From Tubiluchus corallicola (Eukaryota; Animalia; Priapulida), in contig JAQGDQ010002367.1 in NCBI GenBank assembly GCA_030141605.1, forward strand, positions 806,001 to 870,000: DNA of 64,000 bases. Reading direction: 5' to 3'. Below are positions 13,274 through 30,365 of the stretch, one piece after another. The notes under the pieces are model-generated. The model was not told the origin of the DNA. It saw only the letters and a list, made by a program, of their open reading frames with translations, and searched no databases. How positions within the stretch are numbered: the stretch's first letter is position 1; every line of letters begins with the position of its first letter. Position numbers and translations under genes: made by a program.

Positions 13274-16200
13274 TTTCTGGCAGATCTGTTACTGACTAAT
13301 GCTAGCTTTGCTACAGATCTACTGGAGGGCACCTTCAGAATTCAGCAGAATACCTTTTAACCTTCTACTTCAAAATCAGCCTTAGAGCTAACTCTCTTAT
13401 TTTCTGTAACAAAAAACATAATTACAGACATGTTAATATATAATGAATTATATGTAAGCTTAGATATTAAATGTCCCGCTGATTTAAAATGTCCAAATTT
13501 CGCTGAAACACAATTGGAAACAACATAACCATAAAGCTAACAAAACAAAAACTTCAGACACAACAAATGGACCGAGTTTTATCCTGCGCCGCATAGTCTG
13601 CATAGTCATGAACGTTTTCTTTTATTGCATGTATATAGTATTTTTACTGAGATAAAGGAAGAGTTGAACCAAAATGAATTTATGAAGTTTTGCAGTATCT
13701 TTCTATCAAAAACATTTATATAAAAGGTGTAAGAAACATACAAACTGGAGTTTCAAATACATTACCTAAGTTTACACAAATCTACAGCGCAATTACACGT
13801 ACATTGTATAAATACATCACAGACAGCATATAGCTATTGCTTTTTGTACGGGTCTCTTTAACTGTCTTAGTAAATATAGCTCAAGCGTTGGCGCTGGTAT
13901 AGTCACAAGACTGAAACCCCAAACGTCAGTGCACTAAATTCGTCCAAGGAAGCCATAAAAGCACAGTGCAAGGGCACCATGCCAAGAGCTTCACCTTCAA
14001 AATAAACATTGCAGCACTAGCGCCAAAACTACTGTATGCACGCCAAAATTACGCCTATAATATGCTTTTGTATGAAAGGCTTTTAGTAACATTCGTTTAC
14101 AAGTCAAAGAAATCACGTCTTACTCAAAATTAATGTAACTTTTAAAAATTTTATGAATCTAACTGGCTTGTTCCACTAATAATACAAATGAATACATTTA
14201 CATATGCTACTATAATTTATTATAATATAAAGAAACACCATAAATAAACAGTAATGAATGAACCTGGCGGCTATAGTACACCTTAATACATAACGAGTAC
14301 AATTTCATGGTTACACACGTTAAATTAAACTCTAGTTTGTAAAAGTATGTCATGTTCCAAACATGCTTTTCACCTACTGATTGGTAATTAAACTAACTTC
14401 TAGGTACAGTAAACTAAAACTGCAATGGGCTTAACTAGTTTTGTGCAAGCTTGAACACATTGTCTTGGCAAGCCCAGCAGCTGCCGTATTTCGCCAAAGT
14501 TTGGTGGTAACAATTTAAAATAAAAGGTATCATAAATCTGAGATAGACAGCATTCGTTTTCTTGTTTCGCTACTTTCATTTTACTAATCCAAACACTGGC
14601 AACGTAAAAAATTCTGTACTTATTTAGAATAATTAATCTGGTAAGTATGGTAAGTGGTAACGAAACTAGAAACCTATCTCACTGACACTATTACGCATTC
14701 ATATAATACGTGCATCAGGTACAGAAGTCTTATTGCTAAGTTTAACGTTTACAAGTATAATAAGTGAAGGAACTCTCATTTTATAAATAAACGCCACAAA
14801 TAAACTATTGAGAAGACTACCTCTTCAGTTACATGTGACTAGCACTACATTGTTTAATAAACCATTAGTTAATCAAAACTAAATTCAATTCACACGCCGT
14901 CAAAGTTAATTACTTTGAAAATATTTAATTGAAAGAGATCAATTACTTTACAACGAAAATTTTATCTTGTTGACTAGATTCAACAAATTACAATTTCGGG
15001 AGACAAAAAATTAACACCATGTACATGTATAACTATAAGGATTAAATTCAGCATTAAACCAGCAACGTTCACAAGTTAACTAAAAACACAAATGCTAACA
15101 GTAGCTACTGAGGTTCTAGAGTACTCCAACAATCAAAGGTACCGAAACAACTATGCGGTAAGCTGTATTAATTAAAAAAATACTGTCGAAGAAATTACTA
15201 AAAACACTGACAAAGACCTTTCGTTCACGTTCACTATCTGTTTATCGTAAGCATCAGCAAGCTGCCGCGTCGCGCCAACGCACACACCCGCGTCACCAGT
15301 CTTGTGATTCGTCAAAATTGACACGCCTTTTTTGGCACTCTGCCATGCTGCGCTTGAAGCGAAAACAGTCAGGCAAGCAGGCATGCGTGTAGCTGCTGAT
15401 ATATCAGATTTTTTTGTCTGGCAAGTTGCAACTCGTCAAGCTCATTTGTTCAAGAAGGCAAGCCTCCACATTAAAATATGCCGGCCATTTGATTTCCATT
15501 AATTTTATTTTACGTGCTCAGACCAGAGATAATGTCATCTTCTTTTCGTGGTTCAACTGCTGCATGTGGTTTAAATAAACCATGGTAATAATTTTTCATT
15601 CAATTCTTTTCTACTGACAATGCCCTGATAAGAACATATCAGTCTTACGGGCCGGATTAAATTACTGCGGCGTTTGTAGCATATACAGGACCCTAAAAAA
15701 AATCCGGAGTTTTACTTCCTCGCCGTAGCAAGGAGAATCAAAGCCGATAGCTAACGAATGATAAATGATACGAAATGTGGCAGTCACAACTACGGATGTA
15801 TTGCAAAGACAAGCTAAGAAATAAAACCTACCAACTTTAGTTATAATTTATACCAATCATACATGTATCAAAAATCTGTACACATACAGTTTTCAAAAGC
15901 GTATCTATCTATAAGACGACAAAACCGACTTGAACTTTACTGCAAGATCATTTGTAAATGGAATAGAACCTACAAATTAAGTTATAGACATAATATGTAA
16001 TATAAAGGTTATTATACAGTGACAAAGATATATATTTCTTTAAGAAATATCGCACCGATCATAAGCTCAGTTAGCAATCTTAGCATTTTTTATTTTTTAC
16101 TGTTTATTTTATTTTCCAAAATGCCACAAAGGAATACATAAGAACATACATTGTAAATATAGGAAAGTATAAGAATATTGAAAATTTCAAACAGTTTTTT

Positions 16201-16750
16201 GCAATCATAGCTAAAATGTAGGCCTATTTCATAAAGCCACACATGCTAGAAGCACAGTGCCGTGTATGAAGCATTACAAGATAAGTAAAACTCTCGGTCT
16301 TGATCTAATGTTATATGAAAGACGAATAATTAAAGCAGCAGTTCCAGCCGAGTAAACACTGACGTTACTAGATCGCGAGTGCTAATTTCAACAGACGGCT
16401 TGCAGGCATTTAGGTGCACGATCCTCAAAAGCGGAAGTAATCATTAAATGCAGCAATATAAAAATAATCCAGTGGGAATTTTACACTATCAAAAACTATT
16501 GAGCTACCTCATCATTTAAAGTTATTGGTATAAGTTGTATAAAATTTATCCTCCTCTCGTAAGAACTAGAGCAAAAAGTAATTATAGGGAAAAGTAAAAC
16601 TGTGCACTGAAAAAGTAGTCGATTAAAATAAAAAACACATTTTAACTACATGGTTTTTTGTAGTGAATTAAATTTTTAGTGTTTTATCAGGATTTAAAAT
16701 GAATATAATGCTATTTCGGTTTTAATAAGATTTTTATAGTTTATTGTTTG

Positions 16751-16822
16751 TAGCGCCACCTACGAGCCATTATTACAATAGTTCAGTACAATGATACAGA
16801 CACTCGAACCTAGAGGGCGCCA
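16751..16822. promoter_or_regulatory. Two divergently oriented CTCF-like motifs in the putative SLC13/CCDC92 divergent promoter region
   Basis: tagcgccacctacgag (reverse complement CTCGTAGGTGGCGCTA) and acctagagggcgcca resemble the CTCF core YAGRKGGCGC. A probable non-coding first-exon donor (cgg|gtatgt) lies near 16993. Confidence 0.35.
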
Positions 16823-17789
16823 GAGACAGAAAAATTTTCTCACGACAGCAGTGGAGTGCGAGTATCGCTAGCAACAATAATAGCGTCCAAGCGAATTATG
16901 ACTTTTTTGAGATTTGGAAAAAATAGGAATTGCTGCGCGTTGCTGTAGCTATCTGTTATGTGCATCCGAAATAAATTTAACTAAAACGAACGGGTATGTG
17001 GTAACAAGTTTTTAATAATTAAGAAATGATAGGCCTAGTAGTAGTACACTGTCTGTTTTACTAAAATAAAAAAAGTAATGCTAGAAAACTAACGGTATAA
17101 AAAGGCGATTTTATAATATATACTCCCCATCCAATGCTCAGTGCTTTATTCGTCATTCAAACTTACAAAGACATGTTAGTTTTGTTGGCACATGCCTTTA
17201 TGAAAAATTATACTTTTTATTGTAATACTAATAATCATTTTTTTATTTTACCAACATATGATGTAATTACACTCGAAAAGATAAGCATTAATAATTGAAT
17301 AGTTTACAGTGTCGAACCAATGCATCAAATATAACATACACATACAATGGACGAAATTTTACTACATTCTGCCCCACCATATTTTATTCAGCCAAACGAA
17401 TGAGTTTTTTTAATTTGAATTCCACTTGAACCTAAAATTATGAATTTAAATAATTGACCACCGCAACTACATATGTTCTTTATCACTGAAGTGTTTGGAA
17501 CAGCATGCAATCAGCATAATTTAGTGCGATTTCTGTGCACAATTTTTAAACAAATCATTGTTACTTTTACTGCAGAGCAAAATACACATGATCTTTGCAA
17601 GACTGCTTTTTATTTATGATTGGAAAATTTATTAGAAAGTTTTTAAAATTGAATTTGATTCGGATTCGAAATCTTGAAATTAGGTCTCAGTTGAGTTCGA
17701 AACCCGAAAATTCGATTTGAATGCGGTTTCTGATAGGGAATGCACACCCTTGTAGTCCATTACTAACAAGACCTTTATCTATGTCTGTC

Positions 17790-18570
17790 AACCATTACGG
17801 TTTTTGGAGATTTAATTGTCATCGTGGTGACCAATTTAGGATTCTTACACATTCGAACTTTCTAATACTGCAACCTTCAACTTTGCCTCATCACATGACC
17901 TGCCTTAAATTGCCAAAGGCTCCACTCAGACTCTTGGTTGTGCTACAGATGAACATTATTCGACTGGCATCATTCTTTGCTCTAATCTGGATGAACATAT
18001 TGAAGAAGCACTCCTATGACTCGGATCTGCTTCTCATTTGACCGTCTTAGAGTTATGCCATTTCTGGGAGGTTCCCAGCCGTTTCATTGAACAGTCTCTT
18101 GCTGGTGATAAAACTGACTCAGATTCTTTTCATTCGATTCCTGCTGATGTATCCTGGAATCATATCTGCTCACTTGATACTTCCAAAAGCTACAGATGAG
18201 GTATCTCAGTTGTTTAAAATGGCACAGATAAATTCACACCATGTTTGGTTCTGTTAAACTCTCAGTCTTGGTTCACTCCATCTTGTGTTGCTGCTATTGT
18301 TCACAGACATTTACAAATTACTTTTTGGAATCTGACATGTTCTCTATCTCATGGAGCTAAGAATAAGTGTAAAAAGTCTGTAGACTGCAAGCTTGGAATG
18401 TGCTGAATGTGCCTTAAGTTCAGTCATGGATCAACTGTTAGGCTTGAGAGATTTAAGTTAGACATCAACCACAATAAATCTGCTCTCCATACTTAATTTG
18501 ATAAATGGACCAGAAGTTGTAGCTGTCTCAGTCGACAAAACTGAACTGCTTGCCCAGGGTAGTAACCACA
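17790..18570 (+). mobile_element. Highly decayed non-LTR retrotransposon (LINE) ORF2 fragment, AP-endonuclease/linker region
   Basis: Frameshifted GD(F)NCH motif at ~17805-17822, then DKTDSDSF..ADVSWNHIC and AVSVDKTELLAQ segments typical of LINE ORF2 linkers. Many stops. Confidence 0.5.
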
Positions 18571-19224
18571 GTAACTCCAAATTAACAAGAACAGATTCAG
18601 ATTTTTGTTTATTTTACTTTTAATACAAATTGAGTTAACAAATTACATTTATCATCATTAAACAGGAATTTGAGAATTGTTTAAATCATGAGCTTTTTGA
18701 TTACAAACTTGACTTAGATTAGACTCTGATTTTGGCCATATTGACTCAGCATCAAGTTTAAAATTACAATACTGTTGCACAGAACATTAAATTAATTTGA
18801 ACAAATTATAGCCACTCTGCACTGTACACGTGGTGATGTACTCCAACATTTTTGGCAAATCCAACCGATAAGATTTACATTCAGTTAACTATTATATAAA
18901 TTAGGCCATTTATGCTGGCAGACTCTATGTAGAATATTTATAGATTGTAAAAAAGTTTTCAAACAGTGCCTACAGTGGTGTTAACCAAATTTACATGGTA
19001 AGTATTTGGCGACAAATAACTTGTTTGTCAGTGTTGTGAAATATGAAGCTATAATTTGAAGAGCATTGTTTTAACATGGTATCACGAAATTACTTAAATG
19101 ACACTTCGGGACCATTCTGACCAGAAACCTTAATAAAATTTTATTTGTGAGTTGTCCTGGGAATCTTAGTCGACATCCAGTTTTGGGTTGTAAATTTCCT
19201 GATTTACCTTAATTTTCGACACAG

Positions 19225-22200
19225 ATGGACCTGCAAAATCGACTAATCAGTGCAGAGAAGGCGATTTTGTTTATGCAACAAGAGCATGCACAGACTTTGA
19301 AAGGCCTTCATCTGGAAGTTGAGCATCTTCAGCGACGTTGTTCAGGTTAGTCAACATTTTTCTAGTCTCATGTCACAGCCATTACATTACGTTGACCACA
19401 ACCTTCCATGTGGTAGTGCAACCATAATGTTTTTTAGTTCTCCATTGTATATTTTTATTGCATTGTGTGATATTGTAGATATTATTTTAGATATGAACTT
19501 GATTGTATTGTAATTTAATTGTATTCTATTTTCTGAGGTACTGTATCTTCAATATGAAATAAAGAGTTTATTTATTATTTACTTGACTAGCAACTATTAC
19601 TTTCCCTTACTTTCAATATGAAATAAAGAGTTTATTTATTATTGACTTGACTAGCAACTATTACTTTCCCTTACGTGGTTTTACACAACGGCAAGGTCAT
19701 TTTATTTTATTTTCTTCTTTATTAATTATTCTGTTCAACTAGAACAGGGGTGTCCAACCTTTTTGAACTGAGGGCCAAGTGTACAACCTTCAAAGTAGTC
19801 GCGGGCCAGATTAGCAATTTCACAACCACAAAAAGACAATGAAGCACAAAATACATTTTATGTTACATTTAAGCTAGAAGAGACAGTCTTGTAAGTTTAT
19901 GCTTTTGATCAGTTTAATGTGAAATCTGGCACTGCTTTTGTTTGCACAAGTAGTCTATGTCTGCTCCAACAGTAGGAGTCGCAATGCGCAATGAAGCTGC
20001 CAAATGTTCGTCTGTAATTTTGACAAAATAAGAGAAACTTCGCGGGCCGGATAGAAACGCATGGCGGGCCTGATTCTGGCCCGCGGGCCGTATGTTGGAC
20101 ACTCCTGAACTAGAAGAATTAATTAACTGTTCTGTGAATTAGCTCAGTTTTTAAGAAAATGTTTGCTTTTTAATGTAACTTGAAAATTTCTATACATCGA
20201 AGATGCACAAATCCCTATTATATGATTTTTCAAAATTTCATTATACATACTTTTTGATCTTTTATGTAGGTGATAGTAAATTATGTTATGTTATGTTATG
20301 CTTTGCTTTATAACTTAACCCAATATTTACTAAAGTTTTAAATTTCTCCTGGTATCTTACATCTTAGAAGCCTGTGTATAAATTTTATTTTATTTTGTTT
20401 CAACTTACACCTGATGAAGACAGTATTATCAATATATAGTGTTTAATAAATCAGTATTTTCCAGGAAACTGCAGTGCTGAAACTGATGATGATATATCCT
20501 TTATTCTAATTCTATATCCAGCTACATGAATTTAGGTGATATTTTAATCTTTTATACTACAATAATGCTCTCTTCAATTTTTCTAGAACTAACGTTCAAG
20601 CTAGCTATGCACAATACTTCAGCTGATGTAGATGACAGTAAGTACAAATGACAAGTTATTTGCTTCTTATTCATTTTCTTTTTAATTTAGAACCATTTAG
20701 TATTGAAGTGCCATTTTCAATGACTATTTAATGTCTTCAGTTATTCACATGAGTGAAATAGCCTTAAAATATAGTCAATTACTAATATGTAAAGTAGATG
20801 AAGCAACAAAATAGCCATGCTTGTGGTGAAATAGTTACTGAGTTACTAAGGAGATACTTATTAATCTCAAACAAATAAACTGAATACTGAAACAAACAAA
20901 ACTCTTCTTGAACTTAGAAACTTGCAGTAGTAGTAGATATATTTATGATCGATATTTCAACGTTACATCTTTATCAAGAAGTCATAACTTGGCACTTAAC
21001 GGTAAGGTTTTGGTGAATATGCGCTGGTAGCATTGCATTTTCAATAGTTAAAATTTATTTTTTGGTGTTACTTGCATAAAGCTAGTCTGTTTTATTGATT
21101 ATGATTTGGGCATCAGGCAAATATGTAAGTGCGAACATATTATAGTTGAAATGAATGAAACTTTTAGACAACTGGCTTCTCAATTGCCTCTGTTTAGTTG
21201 GTGAAAGTATATTTAATTAAACAAACTTGTTGATATTTTGTAAAGTGATCCTAGTGTGCTGTAATACTGACAAGTCAAGGTGAGATACCTGTTAAGAGTA
21301 AACTAAAGTGGCAAGTAATTTGCCAAACATCTCTGATAAGAAATTCTGTGCTCACTAATGCAACAGTTCTACGTGTTGGCATTGCTGAAAAATTATGTCA
21401 TACTTTTGTTTGAGACAGCAACAAAAAATTCGGTAACATTAAATGAACTTGATTATTTTTTTATTGCTTTCCTTAAATAGTTAGGGAAAGGTGGTTTACT
21501 GACATTGCACACCTTTAATTTATATTTAGTTTCATCCGTAATTTTTTATTATTTTATCTTTCTGTGCAGCTGATGAAGAAAAAATAAAGAATTTTTTGAG
21601 ATTTATGGGCATTTTAACTTTTTCCTTTAAGATTATGACCATGGCAAATCTCAGAAGAGCACTGTCTTATTTTCAAGCAAATTTTAGTCTAACTCCCTTA
21701 ATCACTTTAAAGAAAAAGTAACCCCACTGTTCTACTTGCAAGATAATTGCATAAGATATTAGAAGTACATACAGTGGAGTTAGCACGCAAAATACATTGG
21801 GACATTACATGCTAGGGACTAATAAAAGTTAGATGATTTTTTAGCATAGACACAAACTACTGTTTGAAAGTTGTTTATACTTAACATACCTTTAACTAAT
21901 ACTTGAATCAACAATGTGTAGTAATCAACTGCAAACTTTTATTACATCAAGACTACTAGTAAATGCTTACAATTACTATTAAGTAGGTTACTTTTCTGGT
22001 ATTGGATTTTAATTACATTTACATCTATGCTAAATTGGTAATCATCCGTAATTGATTATTTGACCACAAATAATAAAAAAACTTGTTTAATTATTGCATT
22101 ACTATGATTCTGCTTTAAGCCATTTATTTGCACTTATAAGTTTTGATTTTATCTTACAGATTTTCAAAAAAGACAAGTGGATGCATTGGAACAGCAACTC

Positions 22201-25200
22201 AGAGATGAACAGCAAAAAGTGGTAGAGTTACAACAGGAAGTTGAAAAGAGGGACCGTCGTGTGAGGCTCCTTGAACAACAAGTGAAGGCAAAAGAAAAAC
22301 AGTTTGTACAGGTATAGAACTTATCAACATTCCCTCTCCCCTCTCTTTTTCTCTTACTCTTTCTCTCTCTTCTCTTTCTCTTTTTCTGGCTCTCTTGAGA
22401 TTATTAGTGTAATTTTTTGTATTTATATAAGTTTGTGTGATTTATTTGCACTGTTACTTTTCGTTTTTTACATTTTTGTAAATTGTAGATGCATATAAAG
22501 TATAATATTGTTACTGGGGCAAAATGACATTTATTTTCGACCCCCTCAACGTTGTGATGGTTCTCTCCATTACGAAGCCATTGCATATCAGTGTTGCATA
22601 GCAGCTATAAATAGCTAGTATTGAATGGCCTCGCTGGTTCAGTGGGCTGACGGGCAGGTGCGTCTTCCATCTCAGCACCTGCTCCGTAATGACAACCGGC
22701 AATGGAGCACGATGGGGTAGACATCTAGCGTGTTACTTAATTCAGTAATTTTACTCTTACTACTGTTTTTTTACATTTTTCTTCTCAACTATGCGACAAC
22801 GTATTAGCACCATCCTTTCTTTGTTACAATGTGAACTTGCTTATGTTCAAAATCAAATCGTATCTGCTCCTGTTTTTTCTATCTATCTGTTTTTCCTAAT
22901 CAACTTAACCTTGAAGATGAATTGCTAACTGCTCTATATAAATAAAATGTTTGGCTGTGGGCAATTGAAACAACCATCCATCGTATCTGTCTGTCTGTCC
23001 GTTCTTCAATCCATCACTGTAGCCGTGCACTAGCCGGCCAGATAGCATATATCTGCCAATCATTTGATTAGTATCAGTACATCTGGAGTGGGAGAAATGA
23101 AATGTGCAGTTTTTGTATTGCAGGAAATAAAAGGTGTGAAATCAGAAATGAATGTACTGCAGAGACAACTGGAGCAAAAATCTAGCATGATAGCATATTT
23201 AACCACGCAACTGCACCAAGCTAAGTTGCAAGCTCGTCCAAGCTCTCAGACTCCGGTAGGAAAATTTGTCTTCGCATAAACATTTAATTTATTTGCCACT
23301 TTGTTTTCAGGCAGTTTGTCTATAATTTGCTTGTAGAGAAATACTGAACTAAGAATGTCGTTTTTGTCAGTAGTGATTTGTCTGCGAGCAACACAGTTTT
23401 CAAATTAACATTGTCACAACTATGCCTCATTTCGGGCATGCTAAGTTCCTTAATTTTTCATTTATATCGGGATACGCTAATCTGCATTCTACATGAAATT
23501 AGAGTAGAATGTTACTTCTGGTAACAAAGATATAGAAATAAAACCAAAAGCTTGATTTTGAACAGTTCTATACTCCCAAATGCATCTCTAGATTTGATTT
23601 TGTTATTGTTATTGATTGAAATATTTATATTTGTTTTATAAAGTAAAAAACTGATTTTTTTTCTGAATTCTGTTTCTGCACTACAAGTCATGCATACAGC
23701 ACGCATACATTACTGCATTATTTCCAGACACGCATGACTGATCATTTGATATAATTTAAACAGTTTTAGGTATTCTTACATTTGCAAGAGTTTTAGCTTT
23801 TTACCAAAATGAAAAAAGTTGTTTTGTCCCATTTAAAATAGATTTCTTTTTAGAAATCACCTTTTCAGTTTATGTTTATTTTCCATGTAACTTTACGATA
23901 GTCTAGACTCTAGAGTAATAAAAATTGACTGTGGCACCAAAATAGTTTAGTCACTTTAGTGCAGTAGTTTCATATGAGAGCAGAACTTTAATGATCCGAG
24001 AGCAAAGGAGCAAGGTAGGCTGTAACTTGCAGCTGAAAGTGATAGTTGTACATTTACAATGTCATTCTAAGTATAATGAGAGGAAATGCAAAAAGTGTCA
24101 AATGAACTGCCAAAATTTAGCAACAGTAATACCTAAAGACTAATGACTGATCAGATCGGACCAGATCATGTGCAAATTTAAGCAATATTCATCAGAACAA
24201 GTGCAAATTGACATGAACTGAGCTGTAGGTTTCATTAATTTAACGTCAAGGCACCATTTCAGTCCCTTTTAGTAAGACACCACTGGAAACTTGATAATTA
24301 TGAAATTAAAGTATATTGCCTGTAAGATTAATACCATTGTTTTGCAGAAACGTAATTCAAACCTGCGGCACATAGGCAGCACATCATCACTGGAGGGTAG
24401 TTCATCAGAAATGGCTGCGACGCCTTCTCTACCAAAAATGTCATCGCCAGCTCCACCACAAACGCCAAAGCCTAGTCGCACACCAGTTCGCCATTCTCTT
24501 CTCAGACAAGGGTATCTGTTTTTTAAAAATATAATATTGTTTGCTTTAAAAAATACTTATGGCACTTAAAATTGTTCTGCGAATGGACATATGACCACCT
24601 GGTTCAATAGTGTTCTAAATAGTTTCGTCCCCCTACTTTCCATAGGTATTTGCTTCACTGAAGGTGGACGTGTTGTAATGCGGGCCGACAGAGATACCTC
24701 TCTGCCGGTTTAGGTCTCATCTTAGAATATTAACTTTAGTGAGAGAGTTTCCAGCTCATGCACATTGAGTAGATTGTAGATTCAGCCATTGAGTGCTGGA
24801 TTTCAACTCGCAGGGTACTAAACTGTAGTGAAAAACTCACTCCAGTCAAGCCAAGTAGCATTCTTAAGAAAGGTTTATGTTTTAGTTCCTAAACATTAGT
24901 TCCGCATTAGTACAAAAATGCCTCAAAAGGAATTTACTGGACTAGCAACAGGCACTTTGCTTTGTTTAAGAAAAGCTTAGAATGGCTGCATTTTTAAAAG
25001 TGGAGTTGTCTGTGTCAGTGTCAGCTATTACTATTGGAATGAAGATGTGCGCAAACTGAGATTTGAGATTTATTGAGTCATGAAGTATCTTGACCGCCCC
25101 TATTGTGCTTCATGTTGGAATCCTGTCGGATCAGTGTGCTTCCTGCATCTTAGAGATTTGTGACGACTTTCTGAAAACTAAAATTTTTGATTTTCTTAAC

Positions 25201-26222
25201 CAAATTTTGATTTTCATAGCTAAGAATTGGGAGATTTTTGAGAAATTTCATTTTACAACCTTTTTTAACAGCAATTCTTAAGTTAGGTAATAGACCTCAT
25301 TAGTAATATTGAAAGCATGCCAGTTAGCTTCTAAATATTATAATTACTTATGCATAATAATTTATACTTATGTAACTATTATTTTCATTGAGGGTACTGC
25401 AAACCGATCAAATGACGTAAAGTTTGCATGTACAAGATGAACTCTTTAAACCTATGCCTGTTATTTAAATGCATAAATGCTCAGGGTATTTCACAATTGA
25501 ATTGATCATAACCCAAAGTGCATATGCAAAATAAACTGTATCAAACTAAACAGTCAAAAATAAAACAGCAAAACTTCTGAGATGGTAAAATTTCTGAATA
25601 GCAAAGTATTGGGTTAGTTAGGTTCCCAGAAATGGAAAGAAATGCAGTTTGTAAACAAAACAAGTCGCAACCAATGTACGCATTGCACACGTGTGTCATT
25701 TTATTCTGAATTTTATTTATATTACCACCTGACTAGTGGTTTCTGAAAATATATGTGTACGAGGTAAAACAGCAGCACAGAACTAATTTAAAACCGAACT
25801 TCTTTTTGTGCAGGAAGCGGGCAAATTTACAAGAACAAGAAAGCACCAGATTAAAACCTTCTAATCCTGCAGTACGGCATGTTTCGGGACGACAGTCTTC
25901 CACACCATTGCTAGCACAGAGCGCCCCCTCAGCACTTCCACACACATCTAGGACAGTGTCACCTGATCTATCCTCATTTCTTTCCCACACGCAGCTAAGT
26001 GTTCGATCTCCAAAACCTCGCCGATCAAGCAAGTCGATCCTTCCGCCAATTCAAAGTGCACAAGCTCCCATCAAAAACAGCGAAAAGTTAGCAGATGGCG
26101 CTGGAGTCAAGAAGCTTACCCGTCAGTCCGGGGATAATATACAAACCCTAGCTGTAGAAAATGTTAATGGTACAAAGGTGAAGAGCACCCACTCTACACC
26201 ACCTACTGATGCTAGCTCTTAA
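19225..26222 (+). CDS. CCDC92: Coiled-coil domain-containing protein 92-like
   Basis: Exons 19225-19345 (MDLQNRLISAEKAILFMQQEHAQTLKGLHLEVEHLQRRCS), 20587-20637 (ELTFKL..), 22160-22311, 23124-23255 (LEQKSSMIAYLTTQLHQAK), 24348-24511 and 25814-26222 (ILPPI, TLAVENV, TAA). All GT-AG and in phase; the N-terminal EHxxTLKGLHxE motif is characteristic of CCDC92/CCDC74. Confidence 0.88.
19548..19674. repeat. 64-bp tandem duplication
   Basis: ttcaatatgaaataaagagtttatttattatt[t/g]acttgactagcaactattactttcccttac occurs twice, at 19548 and 19612. Confidence 0.9.
19745..20107. mobile_element. Non-autonomous hAT (Charlie/Buster-type) MITE
   Basis: TIRs CAGGGGTGTCCAAC...GTTGGACACTCCTG; perfect 8-bp TSD AACTAGAA at 19737-19744 and 20108-20115 with central TA; subterminal GCGGGCC motifs. 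Confidence 0.92.
24595..24780 (+). mobile_element. Degenerate SINE-like repeat, probably the same family as 46630-46818
   Basis: Shares acctct..ctcatcttaga..atatt and cagctc..ttgagtag blocks with the reverse complement of 46630-46730; tRNA-like start. Confidence 0.35.
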
Positions 26223-28166
26223 CTTATTAAATTGAAAATTGTAGACATTGTTACGCTTACTATTGTAAAGTGTAAGACTCAAATCACATTTATTCATAAT
26301 AAATCAAAATTATTTTCAGCATTTCTAATCTGCTATTTACATTAATCGTAATACACCATGCAATGCACTAGGCTATTTGTGAAAATTTCTATGCTGTGAT
26401 ATGTCTCACAAAATGTGATGAATTGATAATATTTTCATCATGACCAGTTAATTTAAAAATTTGTTTGCTTTTTTTGCGATCTCAAGCTTGTTAAAAATGG
26501 ATAGAAGTCATAGATTTTCTGAGAGTTTGAATCATGGTGTGTTTAGTCTGTTTGATAAAAATACAACAAAGTTACCTGTGATATAACCACTTGTTCTAGT
26601 CATGAAACTTGACGTAAATAAACCGTTTGACAATTATCCACCTTTTGAAAAATTTTTTTTGTAAAAATAAGTATTTCGTATCAATAATTTTAGGTTACTA
26701 CACTTTTGAAATTTAAATAACTCCAAATCCAAATCTGTTGCTTAATTTCAAGTTAGCCACTATGTTTATGGGACATAAAACATTTTTAGTATCAAGCCTT
26801 ACCAGTACGCTTTACCTGTATTTTTCATTATAAACCAAGTTTGATACAATAGACCCCAGGTACCTTTAACATTCTTTCATAATGAGTAAATAAGTTGAGC
26901 TTTCTTGCAATATAATGTACTTTCTATAAAGAAGTTCATACTTGCAACCGAACTAGCTAGATAAATAACATTTTACTGCAGACATTACTGAATAGCTTCC
27001 ACACAGAAAAAAGATGTATAGCAATCCCCCCCCCTATATCAAACTTCCTTTCTAAACAACTGCATCTACTGCTTAAACTTGGCAACTAGAAATTGTATTG
27101 CCTCCTCTCAATCTGAGTATTGCAAATCTTGTGCTAATTTCTTAACTGACTGGGTAATTTGTTTGTATAAAGTGTGTTCATGCACTAAGAATAAGTGCAA
27201 GTAAATTGTACTATGAATGTTATTTCAGATAAAGTATATTGTTCTGATGGAATGAACCTATAATTATTAAATTTGGAATCAAACACCTCAGAAAGAAAGA
27301 AAATTATTAGGTTAACCATATAACCACTAGACTACTCAGTCCCAAGCTACCCAACCAATTAAGCACAGTCCCTCGTTCAAATCCCAGCTCTGTACTAATT
27401 TTCACATTTTCCTTTCTTTTAGACAAATTTGCCTTCATCATAGTCCATCATTAAAAGCCATCTTAAAATTAATATTACGAATAATTAACAAGGCTTTGAG
27501 AAAATCTTCGTATTACGTACATTTTTCATACTGACAAGTTTCATGGCAATATATAGGTTTTGTCAATTTTGCTATAAATCGGGACAAAACTTGAAAGTGA
27601 AATCATAAGTTGACTGTACCAAAATAACTAAGTGATCGAAGGCATGTCCAAAATTATGTTTGTACTGCTTCACCATAGGTACTCATCTTTTACCTAATCA
27701 TAAACAACTTCACTTGCACAAAAACAATTAAAAAACATTTTTGCACTACAGCTGTATTATGTAGAAGTAAAACTAAACTGAAAACAACAATAAATGAAAT
27801 GTCTCATAAAAATTTTTATTGAAAATTGGACACGTAACAGACCATTTCTGAACTAATTTAGATCACCTTTATAGCAGCCAACATGACTTGTGTTAAATTC
27901 CATCAAAAATACTTCTACATTCTAAAGTACAATAAGATATATACAGGGTAGGTTATAGCTACTTAATTCGTACAGTAGCATTTATATAATTCGTATAAGC
28001 AGTATTTATACTGCACTAGCTACCTATAGTTACTTGGCACACTTGATTCTAACGACATAGAAAACGTTACAAAACTGTCCGAGTATTCATACAAAAATAC
28101 TGAGTGGTTGACCACATAACCACTTTTTGACCAGGCACGAAGAGCATTAATAATGGCAGTTGACAG

Positions 28167-30365
<2,199 letters not shown>

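Noticed and set aside
20405-20490. CTGATGAAGAC ... GAAAC as a hammerhead ribozyme
   Set aside because: No convincing stems I-III around the core motifs.
22625-22735. GC-rich segment with CCTCGCTGG and two small hairpins, considered as an HDV-like ribozyme
   Set aside because: No P1/P2/P3 pseudoknot partners could be found; more likely a repeat fragment.
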